From: Planctomycetota bacterium
GTDB lineage: Bacteria > Planctomycetota > B15-G4
DNA: 64,000 nt
Assembly (NCBI GenBank): GCA_038212275.1
Contig: JBBQUR010000002.1
Coordinates: 64,001-128,000 of the forward strand
Reading direction: 5' to 3'
This document shows positions 1 through 10,099 of the stretch, in pieces. The translations under genes and the position numbers were made by a program. Each line of letters opens with the position of its first letter. The stretch's first letter is position 1. The notes under the pieces are model-generated. The model searched no databases, had not been told where the DNA came from, and was given only the letters and a program-made list of their open reading frames with translations.

Positions 1-1544
1 AGGATGTCGGGCGAGCGCAGCGCACCGGCGATCTGCGCGCCGAGCCGGTCAAAAAAGCCCGACCCGACGTCATCGTCGATGTCGGCCGCGCTGCCGACGA
101 GCGCAAAGCTCTCCAGCTTGGGATCGAGGTTGTGGACATTGAAGGCGGCGATCGAGAGCTGGGCATCGCCCGGAACCGGGGCGGGCACCGGCTCGGCGGT
201 CTCGGGCTGCAGCCCCGCGTGCTTCACCACGAAGGGCTGCGTCGCCAGCACCTCGTAGTTGCCGAAGGAGTACGAGACCACGCCCACGACATCGCCAAGA
301 GAGTCACCGGTGCTTACGGCCGGATCGAAGCCCGGAGTGAGCTGCTCGTCCAGCTGCACCTGGATCCGCTCCGGGTTGGAGTCCGCGGCGGTGAGCGTGA
401 GCCCCGAACGCGCGTTGAGGTGCGTCGCGGCACGCCCGCCGTTGCTGACGGTGACGATCTCGCCGAAACCATTCCTCGCGCTCACGGCCAGCGCCCCGCG
501 GATCAGCACGCGCATGCCCTCGAGCGTCTCGAAGAAATCGATCCCGTCGCTGGCCGGGTCGAAGTCCGAGAAGCCATCGTCGTCGATGACCTCGGTGGGG
601 CACAGCGTGCCGGCGACGCCCACGACGACCGGCGCGGGGAACTCCCCCACGGCGCGCAGCACTGTGACGTCAGGCTCGGCGAGCTCCGTCACGCTGAGGT
701 TCTGCGAGCCGGCGCCGCCCGGCTGAAACTCGCCCACGACGCCGACGACTCTCACCGCATTGCCCGCCACCACGCCCGGCGCGGAGGCCGTGAACACGAA
801 GAGCCCGTCCGAGGTCGCCGGGTCGCGATCACCCACGGGATCCTGAAGATAGAAGCCGTGCGAGTCCACGGCCGTCACCGTGCCCGTCGTCTCCACGAGC
901 ATGCCCGCGACGGGCGACACGTGCCCGGCGCCCTGGATCTGCGGAATGGCGAGCGCCTTCGCGACAACCTCGGGGTCGGGGTAGGTCCCGAGTCCGGAGA
1001 AGGTGTCCTCGGTCAGGCCCTGCCACTCGATCGCGGGATCGAAGGCATCGCTTCCGTCTGCATCACCGGCCGTGACGCGGGAGCGCCGACGCAGCGTGTG
1101 ATCCGCCGTGGTGATGCCGCCGACGCCCCACGCCACACCCGGATCGAAGCCGATCTGCCCGACGACGTCGAGCAGCACGCCGCTCCGCACGAGGGCAACG
1201 GCGTCGTCGCCGTTGAACCAGCTTCCCGTGACGGTCTGGTCCGCCACGGCCAGGATGTCGTCATCCGCCGCGCCGTGCGCGATCACGAACACCTCGCCAT
1301 CCGCCAGCGTCCCGGAGAGAGCGGTCGTGAGCCCGGGCGACGAGCTCCCGTTGAAGTAGCAGCGCACCTGGCAGGTGGAGAGATCGACGCTGCCGCCCGT
1401 GTCGTTGAAGATCTCGAGCGCCTTGTTGCTGCCGCTCCCTTCGATGTATTCCGTGAAGCGCAGGCCGCCCGCCAGCGCAACGTTCAGCACGCCCAGCGCC
1501 ACGTGCGCCACGACGACCGCAAGCCACGCGCCCGGCCGGCTCAC
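1..1544 (-). CDS. ExeM/NucH-like extracellular endonuclease (lamin-tail domain + OB-fold + start of EEP domain); 3' end runs off the window
   Basis: Manual translation from GTG at 1544: MSRPGAWLAVVVAHVALG.. signal-like, FTEYIEGSGSNKALEIFN (LTD), IQGAGHVSP..GFYLQDPVGD..SDGLFVF (OB-fold), FFETLEGMRV, YSFGNYEV, AFNVHNLDP (EEP start). Absent from the ORF track because it has no stop in the window. Confidence 0.85.
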   Translation of the reverse strand, partial: MSRPGAWLAVVVAHVALGVLNVALAGGLRFTEYIEGSGSNKALEIFNDTGGSVDLSTCQVRCYFNGSSSPGLTTALSGTLADGEVFVIAHGAADDDILAVADQTVTGSWFNGDDAVALVRSGVLLDVVGQIGFDPGVAWGVGGITTADHTLRRRSRVTAGDADGSDAFDPAIEWQGLTEDTFSGLGTYPDPEVVAKALAIPQIQGAGHVSPVAGMLVETTGTVTAVDSHGFYLQDPVGDRDPATSDGLFVFTASAPGVVAGNAVRVVGVVGEFQPGGAGSQNLSVTELAEPDVTVLRAVGEFPAPVVVGVAGTLCPTEVIDDDGFSDFDPASDGIDFFETLEGMRVLIRGALAVSARNGFGEIVTVSNGGRAATHLNARSGLTLTAADSNPERIQVQLDEQLTPGFDPAVSTGDSLGDVVGVVSYSFGNYEVLATQPFVVKHAGLQPETAEPVPAPVPGDAQLSIAAFNVHNLDPKLESFALVGSAADIDDDVGSGFFDRLGAQIAGALRSPDI

Positions 1545-1782
1545 GCCGCCCCACCGCCGACCTGCGTCGCGTCCCGATCTGATGTCATGGCTTGCCCCCG
1601 CGGGCCTCCGCGCCGTCCGCGACGACGTGGCCCCGTGCATGAGGACGCGGGACCGGCCCGTGCGTTACATCAGCCGCCCGGCCACGCCACGCCCAGCCTC
1701 CCGGCGTGGCGACGCGCCCGCGCGGCACTCAGCGCGACGCATCGTGTCCGCGCGGCACTCAGCGCGGCACTCAGCGCGGCAC

Positions 1783-4206
1783 TCAGCGCGGCGCGTCGGC
1801 GCCTCCGGCGGTGTCTTGCGCCTCGGCTCCCGGCGCGGCGTCCGGGGCGTCGGGGCCGGTGGCCAGCAGCGCGAGGGCGTAGCAGGCGAGGGCAAGCACC
1901 GCGACCGTCGTGAAGCCCGTCTCCATCGCGACGATGATGGCGAGCACCGACGCGATCACGCCCGCGCCGCCGTTGGCGCCGATGGCCCAGGCGACGAGCT
2001 CCGGGTTGACTGCGCGCAGGCGCGCCAAACCCTGCGGGAAGGGCAGGCCCATCATGAAGTTCATCGGCGCGAGACAGCCGACCGCGACCGCGATGCGCCA
2101 GGCGAGCGGCAGCCCGAGCAGTTGCGCCGTCACGACATCGAGCAGCAGCGTGAAGGCCGCGATGAGAAGCACGAGCACGGCCAGGGCCATGCGCGTCTGC
2201 CGGGCACTGCCGCGCAGGAAGCGCCCCGACCACAGGCTGCCGAGTCCCGCGAAGAACAGGAAGCTGAACAGCACCACGGTGAGCGAATAGGTCGGGTGCC
2301 CGAGGAAGAGCGCCAGCCGCTGCACCGAGCTGATTTCCAGCAGCATGAAGCCGGCGCCGACGGCTGCGAAGAACGTGAGCTGGCGCACCGAACCCGCGCT
2401 GCGCAGACCCCTGCGGCGCCGAAGCCAGAGCGGCAGGACGACGAGCAGCAGCACGAGCACGGTGCACTGCAGCAGCAGCGCGCGCAGGATGCTCGGCGCG
2501 ATCGGAATGCGCGAGTCCATGGCGCGCGCATACGCCGAGTCCTCGGTGTCACCCGCGTCCCAGACGTGGTGGAAGTTGAAGAAGAAGGGCGAGTCGTCGT
2601 CCACCGGGCGCACGTCCACGCCGTAGTTTGCGAAGAATGCGTCCTCGGTGTGGTGGTCGATCGCCTCGGCGAGTCGCGTGAACTCGTTCGGATGCGTGGC
2701 GCCGGATCCGGGCAGGTAGATCACCGAGTGGAGTCCGGCGGTTTCGCTGTCGGCGATGCGCTGGTAGGCGGCGATGTCCTGGGCCGACAGCGGCTCGACG
2801 GAGAAGAGCGTGCCGGCGGCCCAGGCGGCCCGGATCACCGCGGCGTGCTCCGACGGCCGCTCGACGCCGCGACGCCGCAGCTCGAGCAGCGCCATGCCGA
2901 AGAAGCGCAGCGTCTCGCGGTCGGGCTCGTCGAAGGCGCGGATGACGCCCAGCGTGCCGCCCGGGTTGAGGTGATCGAAGTAGTCGCGCACCGCCTCCGT
3001 CGTGTAGAGGTACGACTCCGAGAGCACGAAGGAGCCGATCATCCCCGCGGTGTAGGTGTCCGCGCCGGCCAGCTGGATGAGGTCGAAGGTCCGGTCGAGC
3101 CGGCGCAGCGTGCTGCGGCCTTCGCCCTCCATGACCGTCACGCCGGGCTGCTCGAGCAGGTGGCCATTGAAGTCCGCGAACTCGCTCCGCAGCAGGTCGA
3201 TGATGCCCGCGTTGATCTCGATGCCCAGCACGCTCTCGGCGCCAAACGCCATCGCCTGGCGGAGGTCGGTGCCGCCGCCCACGCCGATGACCAGCACGTT
3301 CGGCCGGACGCCGGTGTCCTTCAGGCGGCGCAGCAGCGGACCGTAGGCCACGGCATGCGTGTCGAGCAGCGACGGCACATCCCAGTGATCCTTCGAGAAC
3401 ATGAAGGTGCCGGCCGCGCCGTCCTGCAGCAGGAAGAGCGCTTCACGGTCCGCCTCCGGCGCGCCGTAGAGGTCGAGACGGCAGAGCGGCGTCCAGTGCC
3501 GCGCGACGAGCTCGCCCTGGATGTGACGGCGCTTGCCGAGCCCGAGCTCGATGGACATGTGCTGCTCTGCGCCGACGAAGAGAAAGGCCGCACCCACCAG
3601 GCTGAGCGCGGCGACCGCGCGCGGCAGGCGCGCCTTGCCGGCGAAGAAGAGCGCAGAGAACGGCCCCGCGGCGGCACAGAGCACGAGCAGCCGCTCGCCC
3701 TGCAGCGGACCGATCAGCGCGATGAAGAGCCAGGCGCCGAGCGCGCTCCCGAGGAGGTTCACGAAGTAGCGCGCATGGATCTTCCCGCCCGTGGACAGCG
3801 CAAGCGTGACCACGATGCCGCCGAGGATGTACGGCACCATCAGCAGCGAGAAGGCGATCGCGAGCAGGCCGAACTCGCCGCCCGCCGACACCGTCGTGAC
3901 CGCGTCCGCGGTCCGCGTCAGCAGCAGGTGGCCCGCCGTGACGGCGAAGCCGAACAGCGTGGCCGCCCAGGCCATCGTCGCGCCCACGTTGCCACGCGTG
4001 AGCCGCGGCCAGACGGTGACCAGCGTGCCGGCCGCCGCGAAACCCAGCATCGCCATCGTGACGACCACGAAGGCGTGGTGGTACCACATCTGCACCGAGA
4101 GCACACGGGCGTGCAGCACCTCGAGCGCGAGGATCGCCGCGGAGAGAATGAACAGCCCGAGCTTGATCGGGAGGTCGGGCCCCGTGGTCTCCCCCGAGGC
4201 CGTCAT
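1783..4206 (-). CDS. Multi-pass membrane protein with central spermidine-synthase-like SAM-binding domain
   Basis: N- and C-terminal TM bundles flank VLVIGVGGGTDL, GIEIN, EGEGRS, FDLIQL and LYTTEAVRDYFDHLNPGG. Start chosen at MTASG. Confidence 0.85.
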   Translation of the reverse strand: MTASGETTGPDLPIKLGLFILSAAILALEVLHARVLSVQMWYHHAFVVVTMAMLGFAAAGTLVTVWPRLTRGNVGATMAWAATLFGFAVTAGHLLLTRTADAVTTVSAGGEFGLLAIAFSLLMVPYILGGIVVTLALSTGGKIHARYFVNLLGSALGAWLFIALIGPLQGERLLVLCAAAGPFSALFFAGKARLPRAVAALSLVGAAFLFVGAEQHMSIELGLGKRRHIQGELVARHWTPLCRLDLYGAPEADREALFLLQDGAAGTFMFSKDHWDVPSLLDTHAVAYGPLLRRLKDTGVRPNVLVIGVGGGTDLRQAMAFGAESVLGIEINAGIIDLLRSEFADFNGHLLEQPGVTVMEGEGRSTLRRLDRTFDLIQLAGADTYTAGMIGSFVLSESYLYTTEAVRDYFDHLNPGGTLGVIRAFDEPDRETLRFFGMALLELRRRGVERPSEHAAVIRAAWAAGTLFSVEPLSAQDIAAYQRIADSETAGLHSVIYLPGSGATHPNEFTRLAEAIDHHTEDAFFANYGVDVRPVDDDSPFFFNFHHVWDAGDTEDSAYARAMDSRIPIAPSILRALLLQCTVLVLLLVVLPLWLRRRRGLRSAGSVRQLTFFAAVGAGFMLLEISSVQRLALFLGHPTYSLTVVLFSFLFFAGLGSLWSGRFLRGSARQTRMALAVLVLLIAAFTLLLDVVTAQLLGLPLAWRIAVAVGCLAPMNFMMGLPFPQGLARLRAVNPELVAWAIGANGGAGVIASVLAIIVAMETGFTTVAVLALACYALALLATGPDAPDAAPGAEAQDTAGGADAPR

Positions 4207-4517
4207 GACGCGAGCACCGCGCGCCACGCACGGCACGCAGGCTGCATCGCCGTGCCTCCGGACTGTCGTCGCGTGCCGCTCATGCTTCTCTCTCCGGACG
4301 TCCGTCTGCCCGCGCCATTCAGCATGGCTGCGGGCATGTCGCCGTCTTGCATCTCCGTCGCACGTCGCCGCCACGCGTCGCCGCCACGCGTCGCCGCCTT
4401 GCACCGCCCCCCTTGCACCGCGAGGCGCCCGGCCCGCCGAAGAAGGGCGCGGCATCCTATCTCAGGCTGCCGGCCTGAGGTAGGCTCGCCGCCCATCACC
4501 CCCGGCGAACGGAGCAC

Positions 4518-6320
4518 ATGAGCGACAACGAGCCTGAAGATGGTGTCGAGATGGTGCCGGGCGTGAAGCCCGAGGGCATCAACGAATTCACGCTGCGCAG
4601 CGTGCTGGTCGGGCTGCTCGTCGCGGTGGTGATCGGCGCCTCGTATCCCTACGTCGTGATGAAGCTCGGCTTCGGGCCGAACATCTCCGTCGTGGCGGCG
4701 TTCTTCGGTTTCCTCGCGCTCGGGCTCGTCTGCAAGACCTTCAACCGCTGGGAGAACAACATCGTCGAGTCCGCGGGCACCGCCGCGGGGCAGACGGCCT
4801 TCCTCTGCACGCTGCTCGTGGCCTTCGACCTGCTCGACCTCGACAAGTCGCTCGGCATCGACGTCCACCTCGGCACGATGCAGATTTTCCTGTGGTTGAG
4901 CATCGCCGGCACGATGGGCGTGCTGCTCGCCGTGCCGATGCGCCAGCACTTCGTGGTGGACGAGAAGCTGCCCTACGCCGACGGCATCGCCGCCGCGCAG
5001 ACGCTCATCATCCTCGACAGCAAGGGGCCGCAGGCCAAGCTCTCCGCCTTCGCGATGGTCGGCGCGGCCGTCGTGGCGGGCGGGCACTTCCTTCTCAAGA
5101 CTTATCACTTCGCGCTCGAGGCGCTCTCGCCCGCCGGCCTGCTCAGCGCCGGGGCCACCGGCGCCGGCACCGTCGCGAACGCGGCCAGGGTCGGCGTCGG
5201 CATGTCGCTGGGCCTGCTGTCCTTCGGCTCCGGCATGATCATCGGCGTGCGCATCTGCCTGAGCATGCTGCTCGGTGGCACCCTGGCCTGGGTCGTGGCG
5301 ACCAACTGGCTCGTCGGCACGGGCGGCCCCGGCGGCGCGCCCTATCTCGTCGGCGACTGGTCCAAGAGGGAGGTGCTGCTCTGGGTCATGTGGCCCGCGA
5401 CCGGCATGCTCACCGCGGGCGGACTCACCTCGCTCGTGCTCAAGTGGAAGATCCTGAAGAAGAGCTTCCGTTCGCTGACCGGTGCGGGCCAGCAGGAGAG
5501 CACCGACTTTCCCATCCGCTGGGTCGGCATCGGACTCGCCGTGCTCACCGTGGCGCTCGTGGTCTTCCAGAAGGTCAGCCTCGGGCAACCGTGGTGGGTC
5601 ACGCTGCTCGCGCTGCTCTTCAGCCTGCCGCTCGTGCTCGTGGGCCTGCGTGTGCTGGGCGAGACGAACTGGGGCCCGATCAGCGCGCTCTCCAATCTCA
5701 TGCAGGGTGTCTTCGGGATGATCCAGCCGGGGAACATCGCGGCCAACATGACGGCCGCCGGCGTGACAGGATCGGTCGCCTCGGAGTCCGAGGGCCTCAT
5801 GCAGGACTACAAGGTCGGCCACATCCTCGGCACGACCCCGCGCTACCTCACCTACATGCAGCTCATGGCGGTGCCCGTTGGCGCGGCCACCGTCGCGCTG
5901 GTCTATCCGCTGCTGCGTCCGCAGGTGCTCGAGGGCACGCTCACCAGCCCCATCTCGCAGAAGTGGGTCGGCTTCGCCAAGATCCTGTCCAAGGGCGTCG
6001 ACGCGGTGCCAGCGAGCGCGCTCTACGCGCTGGTCGTCGCCACGTTGCTCGGCATCGTGTTGACGATCCTCGAACAGAAGCCGGCAAACAGGAAATGGTG
6101 CCCGTCACCGACCGGAGTCGGCATCGGCATGCTCGTCCCCTTCGGCGAAGTCGCCGTGATGTGCGTCGGTTCCTTCGTCGGCGCAAGCTGGCTGAAGCGG
6201 AGCCCGGAAACCGCCAGGCACTACCTGATCCCGGTCGCGTCAGGCTTCATCGCCGGCGAGGCGCTGCTCGGCATCGTGGTCCCGGCGCTCGTTGCGGTCG
6301 GCTGGATCGCCGCGCCGTAG
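4518..6320 (+). CDS. OPT family oligopeptide transporter
   Basis: EFTLRSVLVG, ENNIVESAG, LPYADGIAAA, GETNWGPIS, LMQDYKVG, ASGFIAGEAL; many TM helices; RBS GGAG upstream. Confidence 0.9.
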   Translation: MSDNEPEDGVEMVPGVKPEGINEFTLRSVLVGLLVAVVIGASYPYVVMKLGFGPNISVVAAFFGFLALGLVCKTFNRWENNIVESAGTAAGQTAFLCTLLVAFDLLDLDKSLGIDVHLGTMQIFLWLSIAGTMGVLLAVPMRQHFVVDEKLPYADGIAAAQTLIILDSKGPQAKLSAFAMVGAAVVAGGHFLLKTYHFALEALSPAGLLSAGATGAGTVANAARVGVGMSLGLLSFGSGMIIGVRICLSMLLGGTLAWVVATNWLVGTGGPGGAPYLVGDWSKREVLLWVMWPATGMLTAGGLTSLVLKWKILKKSFRSLTGAGQQESTDFPIRWVGIGLAVLTVALVVFQKVSLGQPWWVTLLALLFSLPLVLVGLRVLGETNWGPISALSNLMQGVFGMIQPGNIAANMTAAGVTGSVASESEGLMQDYKVGHILGTTPRYLTYMQLMAVPVGAATVALVYPLLRPQVLEGTLTSPISQKWVGFAKILSKGVDAVPASALYALVVATLLGIVLTILEQKPANRKWCPSPTGVGIGMLVPFGEVAVMCVGSFVGASWLKRSPETARHYLIPVASGFIAGEALLGIVVPALVAVGWIAAP

Positions 6321-6606
6321 CGCGGCGTGGCGGGGGCGTCCGGAGAACCGGAACCCTGCCACCCACGACGGGATCTGGACGACCTGCGCGCCCCGCTACA
6401 CTGCGCGCGATGAGCCGCCCCTCCCACGAGACGGCCCGTCCGTCCGCTCACGTCCCGCCGACACAGGGTCCGCGCATGCACCTTCAAGCACCCGGAACGC
6501 TCAGCCGCGCGCAGCCGCGCGCCGCGTCCACCGTCCCCACCGTCTCCGCCGTCTCATCCGTCTCCGCCGTCTCCTCCGCATCCTCCGCTTCAGGCCGATC
6601 CGCCTC

Positions 6607-8229
6607 GTGTTGAAACGCCTGCTGCTCTCGGTGGTTGTGACGCTCTGCATGCTGCTCCTCGTGGAGGGCGCGCTCTCTCTGGCGACCGGCGGCAGCCTGC
6701 GCTCGCGAGCCCGCGGCGCGATGCCGACCACGATGACGACCACGATGCCGACGACGATGCCGGGCGGCGGCGACGCGACCGCGGCGGATGCCGCGACGAT
6801 GCTGCGGCAGCCGGCTACCGACGCCGAGCGCCACGACGCCGGCTCCTCGAGCAAGGGCGTCTACCAGATGCACGAGGATGCCCGCGTGCGCTACGTGCTC
6901 AAGAGCGACGCCGAGCTGCCCTTCGTGAGCAGCCGCACGCACACCGATCACCTCGGCATGCGCGTGCGGCCCGGGCCGCCGCCGGCCGCCGACGCGCTGC
7001 GCATCGCGGTCGTCGGCGACTCGGTCGCCTTCAGCTACGGAGTGGACGACGACCAGACGATCGCGGCGCACCTCGAGCGCCTGCTGACCGACGTGCGTGG
7101 CCCGCTGGCGCGCCCGGTGGCCTGCTACACGGTGGCCATCCCGAGCTGGAACCACCGCAACGCGCTGGCCTTCCTCACCGATCACTGGGACCAGGTGCAC
7201 GCCGACATCGTGCTGTACCTGCCGATCCCCAACGACCTCGGCGACACCGGCGCGCTGTACGAGTCGGGCAAACTGCGCGTGGAGCCCGACCCCTTCCAGT
7301 CCGACCCGCTGCTCGTCGTGAGCCGCAGCCTGCTCGCGGCCATCGAGGGCAACATCGACGCGAAGACTGCGGGCCACGCGCTCGACATCAGCTTTCTCGG
7401 CCCGTACGCCCTGGAGTCGGACTTCAGCCCGGAGAGCACGCGCCGCTACGACGACAACGCCCTCTCGATCGCGCTCATGGAGGACATGCTGGCCGCGCGC
7501 GGCGCGCGCCTGCTCGTCGTGCACACCGACCAGTCTCAGTACACCTGGCATCTGGACACGCGGCTGCAGCGGCTCGCGCCCGAGCTGCCATTCCTCTATC
7601 TCGAGCGCTTCCTGCCGCCGGAGTTCACGCTGGGCGTGGACCCTCACGCGAATGCCGCAACCTGCAATGCCCGCGCCAACTGGATCGCCGCCGACCTGCT
7701 CGCCCGCGGCTGGGTGGACCGCGGCGCCGATCTGCCGCTGCCGGAGGTCCCCGAGCCGCACACGCGGCTGCTCAGCCCGCAGCACACGCCCGAAGAGGTG
7801 CGCGGCTATTCGGCCGAGTCACGCGACCGGATGCGCGAGACCGTGCTCGACGAGATCGACTTCATCACGGGCAAGGGCCTGCGCCAGGTCATCGGCGGCT
7901 TGAACATCGACCGTACGCTGCGCATGCACGGACTCTTCCTGCTGAAGGCGAACGGCCCGAACGTGCTGATGGAGCTCGGTCCGCTGCCGGGCCGGCCGGA
8001 CCTGTATCCACTGGAGGTCGGCGTGGAGCTGGGCGGCGTGCCCGCAGGGACGATCACCGTCGGCGCGCCGGAGAGCACGGTGGTCAGTGTGCCCCTGCCC
8101 CCGTCGGTGACTCCGGGCACGATCTTTGAGGTCAAGCTGTTGCCCGTGACATGGTGCGTGGACGCGGCAAACGACCGCTCGCAGATCATCTCGCTGCGTC
8201 CGCTGCGCATCGCCTGTCCCGCTCCCTGA
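6607..8229 (+). CDS. Membrane-anchored SGNH/GDSL-hydrolase-like protein
   Basis: N-terminal TM helix LLLSVVVTLCMLLLVEG, block I AVVGDSVAFSYG, NDL, GVDPHAN. Start uncertain (GTG 6607 chosen). Confidence 0.65.
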   Translation: MLKRLLLSVVVTLCMLLLVEGALSLATGGSLRSRARGAMPTTMTTTMPTTMPGGGDATAADAATMLRQPATDAERHDAGSSSKGVYQMHEDARVRYVLKSDAELPFVSSRTHTDHLGMRVRPGPPPAADALRIAVVGDSVAFSYGVDDDQTIAAHLERLLTDVRGPLARPVACYTVAIPSWNHRNALAFLTDHWDQVHADIVLYLPIPNDLGDTGALYESGKLRVEPDPFQSDPLLVVSRSLLAAIEGNIDAKTAGHALDISFLGPYALESDFSPESTRRYDDNALSIALMEDMLAARGARLLVVHTDQSQYTWHLDTRLQRLAPELPFLYLERFLPPEFTLGVDPHANAATCNARANWIAADLLARGWVDRGADLPLPEVPEPHTRLLSPQHTPEEVRGYSAESRDRMRETVLDEIDFITGKGLRQVIGGLNIDRTLRMHGLFLLKANGPNVLMELGPLPGRPDLYPLEVGVELGGVPAGTITVGAPESTVVSVPLPPSVTPGTIFEVKLLPVTWCVDAANDRSQIISLRPLRIACPAP

Positions 8230-8248
8230 AGCGTGATGCCCGGCGGCG

Positions 8249-10099
8249 CTACAGCGTTCCCGTCGCCGCAAGCGTTCCGGCCGAGCGCGTGTCGACGCGC
8301 ACGCGAAAGGCGCCGCTGCCGCGCACGATCCAGCGCAGGCGCACGCTGCCGTGGCCGGGGATGCCGCCGTCGAGGCGCAGGCGCGCGGGCTCGTGCTCCA
8401 CGGCGTCGAAGCGCGTGAGGTCGAAGAGGTCCGCGCCGGTGCCGCCGGCAATGACCTCGAGCGATTCGCCTTCCAGCGTCACGAGGTCCGGGCGGCCGAT
8501 GCCCTTGTCCGCGGCGAGCGCGGTGCGCGTGGGGATCCAGCGATCGTTGGAGATCTCCACCGTGATCACCTGCGTGCCGTCGGGACCGGGCGTGACCTCG
8601 GGTGCCGCGATGGAGAGACGCGGCAGCTGCGAGGCGTGATAGATGCAGAAGGCCGCGTTGCGATGCAGCATCTCCTCGATCATGAAAGCGGGCGGCACGC
8701 GGCGCGTCATCTTGCGGAAGCCGCCGACCTCGACCTCGCCGTAGAGCGGGTGCTGCACCGGGTGCCAGTCCACGAAGGTCTCGCCGAACATGAGCCGGTC
8801 GTCGAACTCCAGCTGCTTCAGCGTGTCGGCGTTGCGGCCGGCACGGCCTCCGCGGCCGCCGCCTGCGCCGCCGCCGCCGTCGGCCGCGCCGGTGCCGTCC
8901 GCGAAATACTGCCGGTCCTCCCACATCTCGTTCGTGAACGAGATGATGCCCAGCCCTTCGGCGGTCCAGTTCACGAAGCCGCCGTGCACGTCGTAGAGAT
9001 CCTTGTAGATCACCAGCGCGCGGTAGAACGGGATGATCTGCACGCCCTCGTCGGCGATCGCGTCGTACACGCGGCGGTCCGCATCCGGATAGAAGCCCTC
9101 GCGCGCGCGACTGCCGGGTCCGCGCAGGATCATGCCGCCGGAATTGTGGAAGGACTGCACGGCCGCGATGTTCGGGTGCGCGAGGATGAAGGCTCCGATG
9201 GCCGCGCTCTCCGGATGGCTGAAGGGATAGTCGCCCGCGCCGAACTGGATGTAGTCGGGCTGCCAGTCGGAAGGCCAGTTGCGGTTGAGGTCGTAGCCGC
9301 CGATGCCGTCCTCGTTCACGCGGCCGTCGCCGTCGTTGTCGAGGCCCTCCTGGCCGAGCATCAGGTAGTCCGCGCCATACTCCACGCGCTTGTCGGCGGG
9401 CACGAACTCCAGCACGCGCGCGTCGTCGGGCGAGATGCGGTAGCTGCCCGTGCCGGGCGCCACGCGCTTGCGCATCATGAGGATCTCGCCGTCGCCATCG
9501 AGGTCGTCGGGGCCGTCCTCGTCGGCCACGCCGTCGCGGTCGTTGTCCAGCGGCGCGACGCCGCTACGCGAGCTGCTCGACGTGTTCGGGTCGTCGAACC
9601 AGTGCTGCCGGCCGTCCGGATTCACAGTCGGAAGGATGTAGAAGACGTTGCGGTCCAGCAGCTCCGTGAGCTCCGGCAGCTCGCCGTGGCGCTCGAGCAG
9701 CAACCACGCGAGGTAGAGCGCGGCCTCACTGCCCTGCACTTCGTTGCCGTGCACGTTGCCGTCCACCCACATTGCGGGCTTGCCTTCGGCCGGCCCGGTC
9801 TGCGGATTGGACAGCGTGAGCAGCGGCATGCGCCGTCCCTCGTGGCTGGCGCCGATGGAGGACAGCGTGCACAGCTCGGGGCGACTCGCCGCAAGACGCT
9901 CGCAAAGCTCGACGAGGCCGTCGTAGTCGTAGAAGCGGTCCCACGCGATGGCGACGCGCGGCGTGCGCACCGACTGCGCGGAGACGCTGCCTGCGAGCGG
10001 CGCGGCCACGAGCAGCGCGAGCAGCGCGCAGGCCGGCGCGAGCCGCCCCGATGCGGATGCCAGCGTGTCGGCCCATCGGTGGAGCGGGCGTGTCGTCAT
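8249..10099 (-). CDS. Secreted M14 zinc carboxypeptidase-family protein (intact zinc motifs)
   Basis: Signal peptide, IGASHEGR, VDGNVHGNE (HxxE), NPDG, DLNRNWP, SFHNSGG, FTNE. ATGA overlap with the upstream gene. Confidence 0.9.
   Translation of the reverse strand: MTTRPLHRWADTLASASGRLAPACALLALLVAAPLAGSVSAQSVRTPRVAIAWDRFYDYDGLVELCERLAASRPELCTLSSIGASHEGRRMPLLTLSNPQTGPAEGKPAMWVDGNVHGNEVQGSEAALYLAWLLLERHGELPELTELLDRNVFYILPTVNPDGRQHWFDDPNTSSSSRSGVAPLDNDRDGVADEDGPDDLDGDGEILMMRKRVAPGTGSYRISPDDARVLEFVPADKRVEYGADYLMLGQEGLDNDGDGRVNEDGIGGYDLNRNWPSDWQPDYIQFGAGDYPFSHPESAAIGAFILAHPNIAAVQSFHNSGGMILRGPGSRAREGFYPDADRRVYDAIADEGVQIIPFYRALVIYKDLYDVHGGFVNWTAEGLGIISFTNEMWEDRQYFADGTGAADGGGGAGGGRGGRAGRNADTLKQLEFDDRLMFGETFVDWHPVQHPLYGEVEVGGFRKMTRRVPPAFMIEEMLHRNAAFCIYHASQLPRLSIAAPEVTPGPDGTQVITVEISNDRWIPTRTALAADKGIGRPDLVTLEGESLEVIAGGTGADLFDLTRFDAVEHEPARLRLDGGIPGHGSVRLRWIVRGSGAFRVRVDTRSAGTLAATGTL

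Noticed and set aside
1541..1588. 15-codon minus-strand ORF (MTSDRDATQVGGGAA) overlapping the nuclease GTG start
   Set aside because: Could be a leader or a frameshifted N-terminus, but is too short to separate from chance.
132..4521. Long plus-strand ORFs 132-1913 and 1375-4521, and similar ones such as 8351-10453 and 47415-52463
   Set aside because: Antisense or off-frame shadows of motif-bearing genes; Arg/Ala-rich translations are typical of high-GC DNA.
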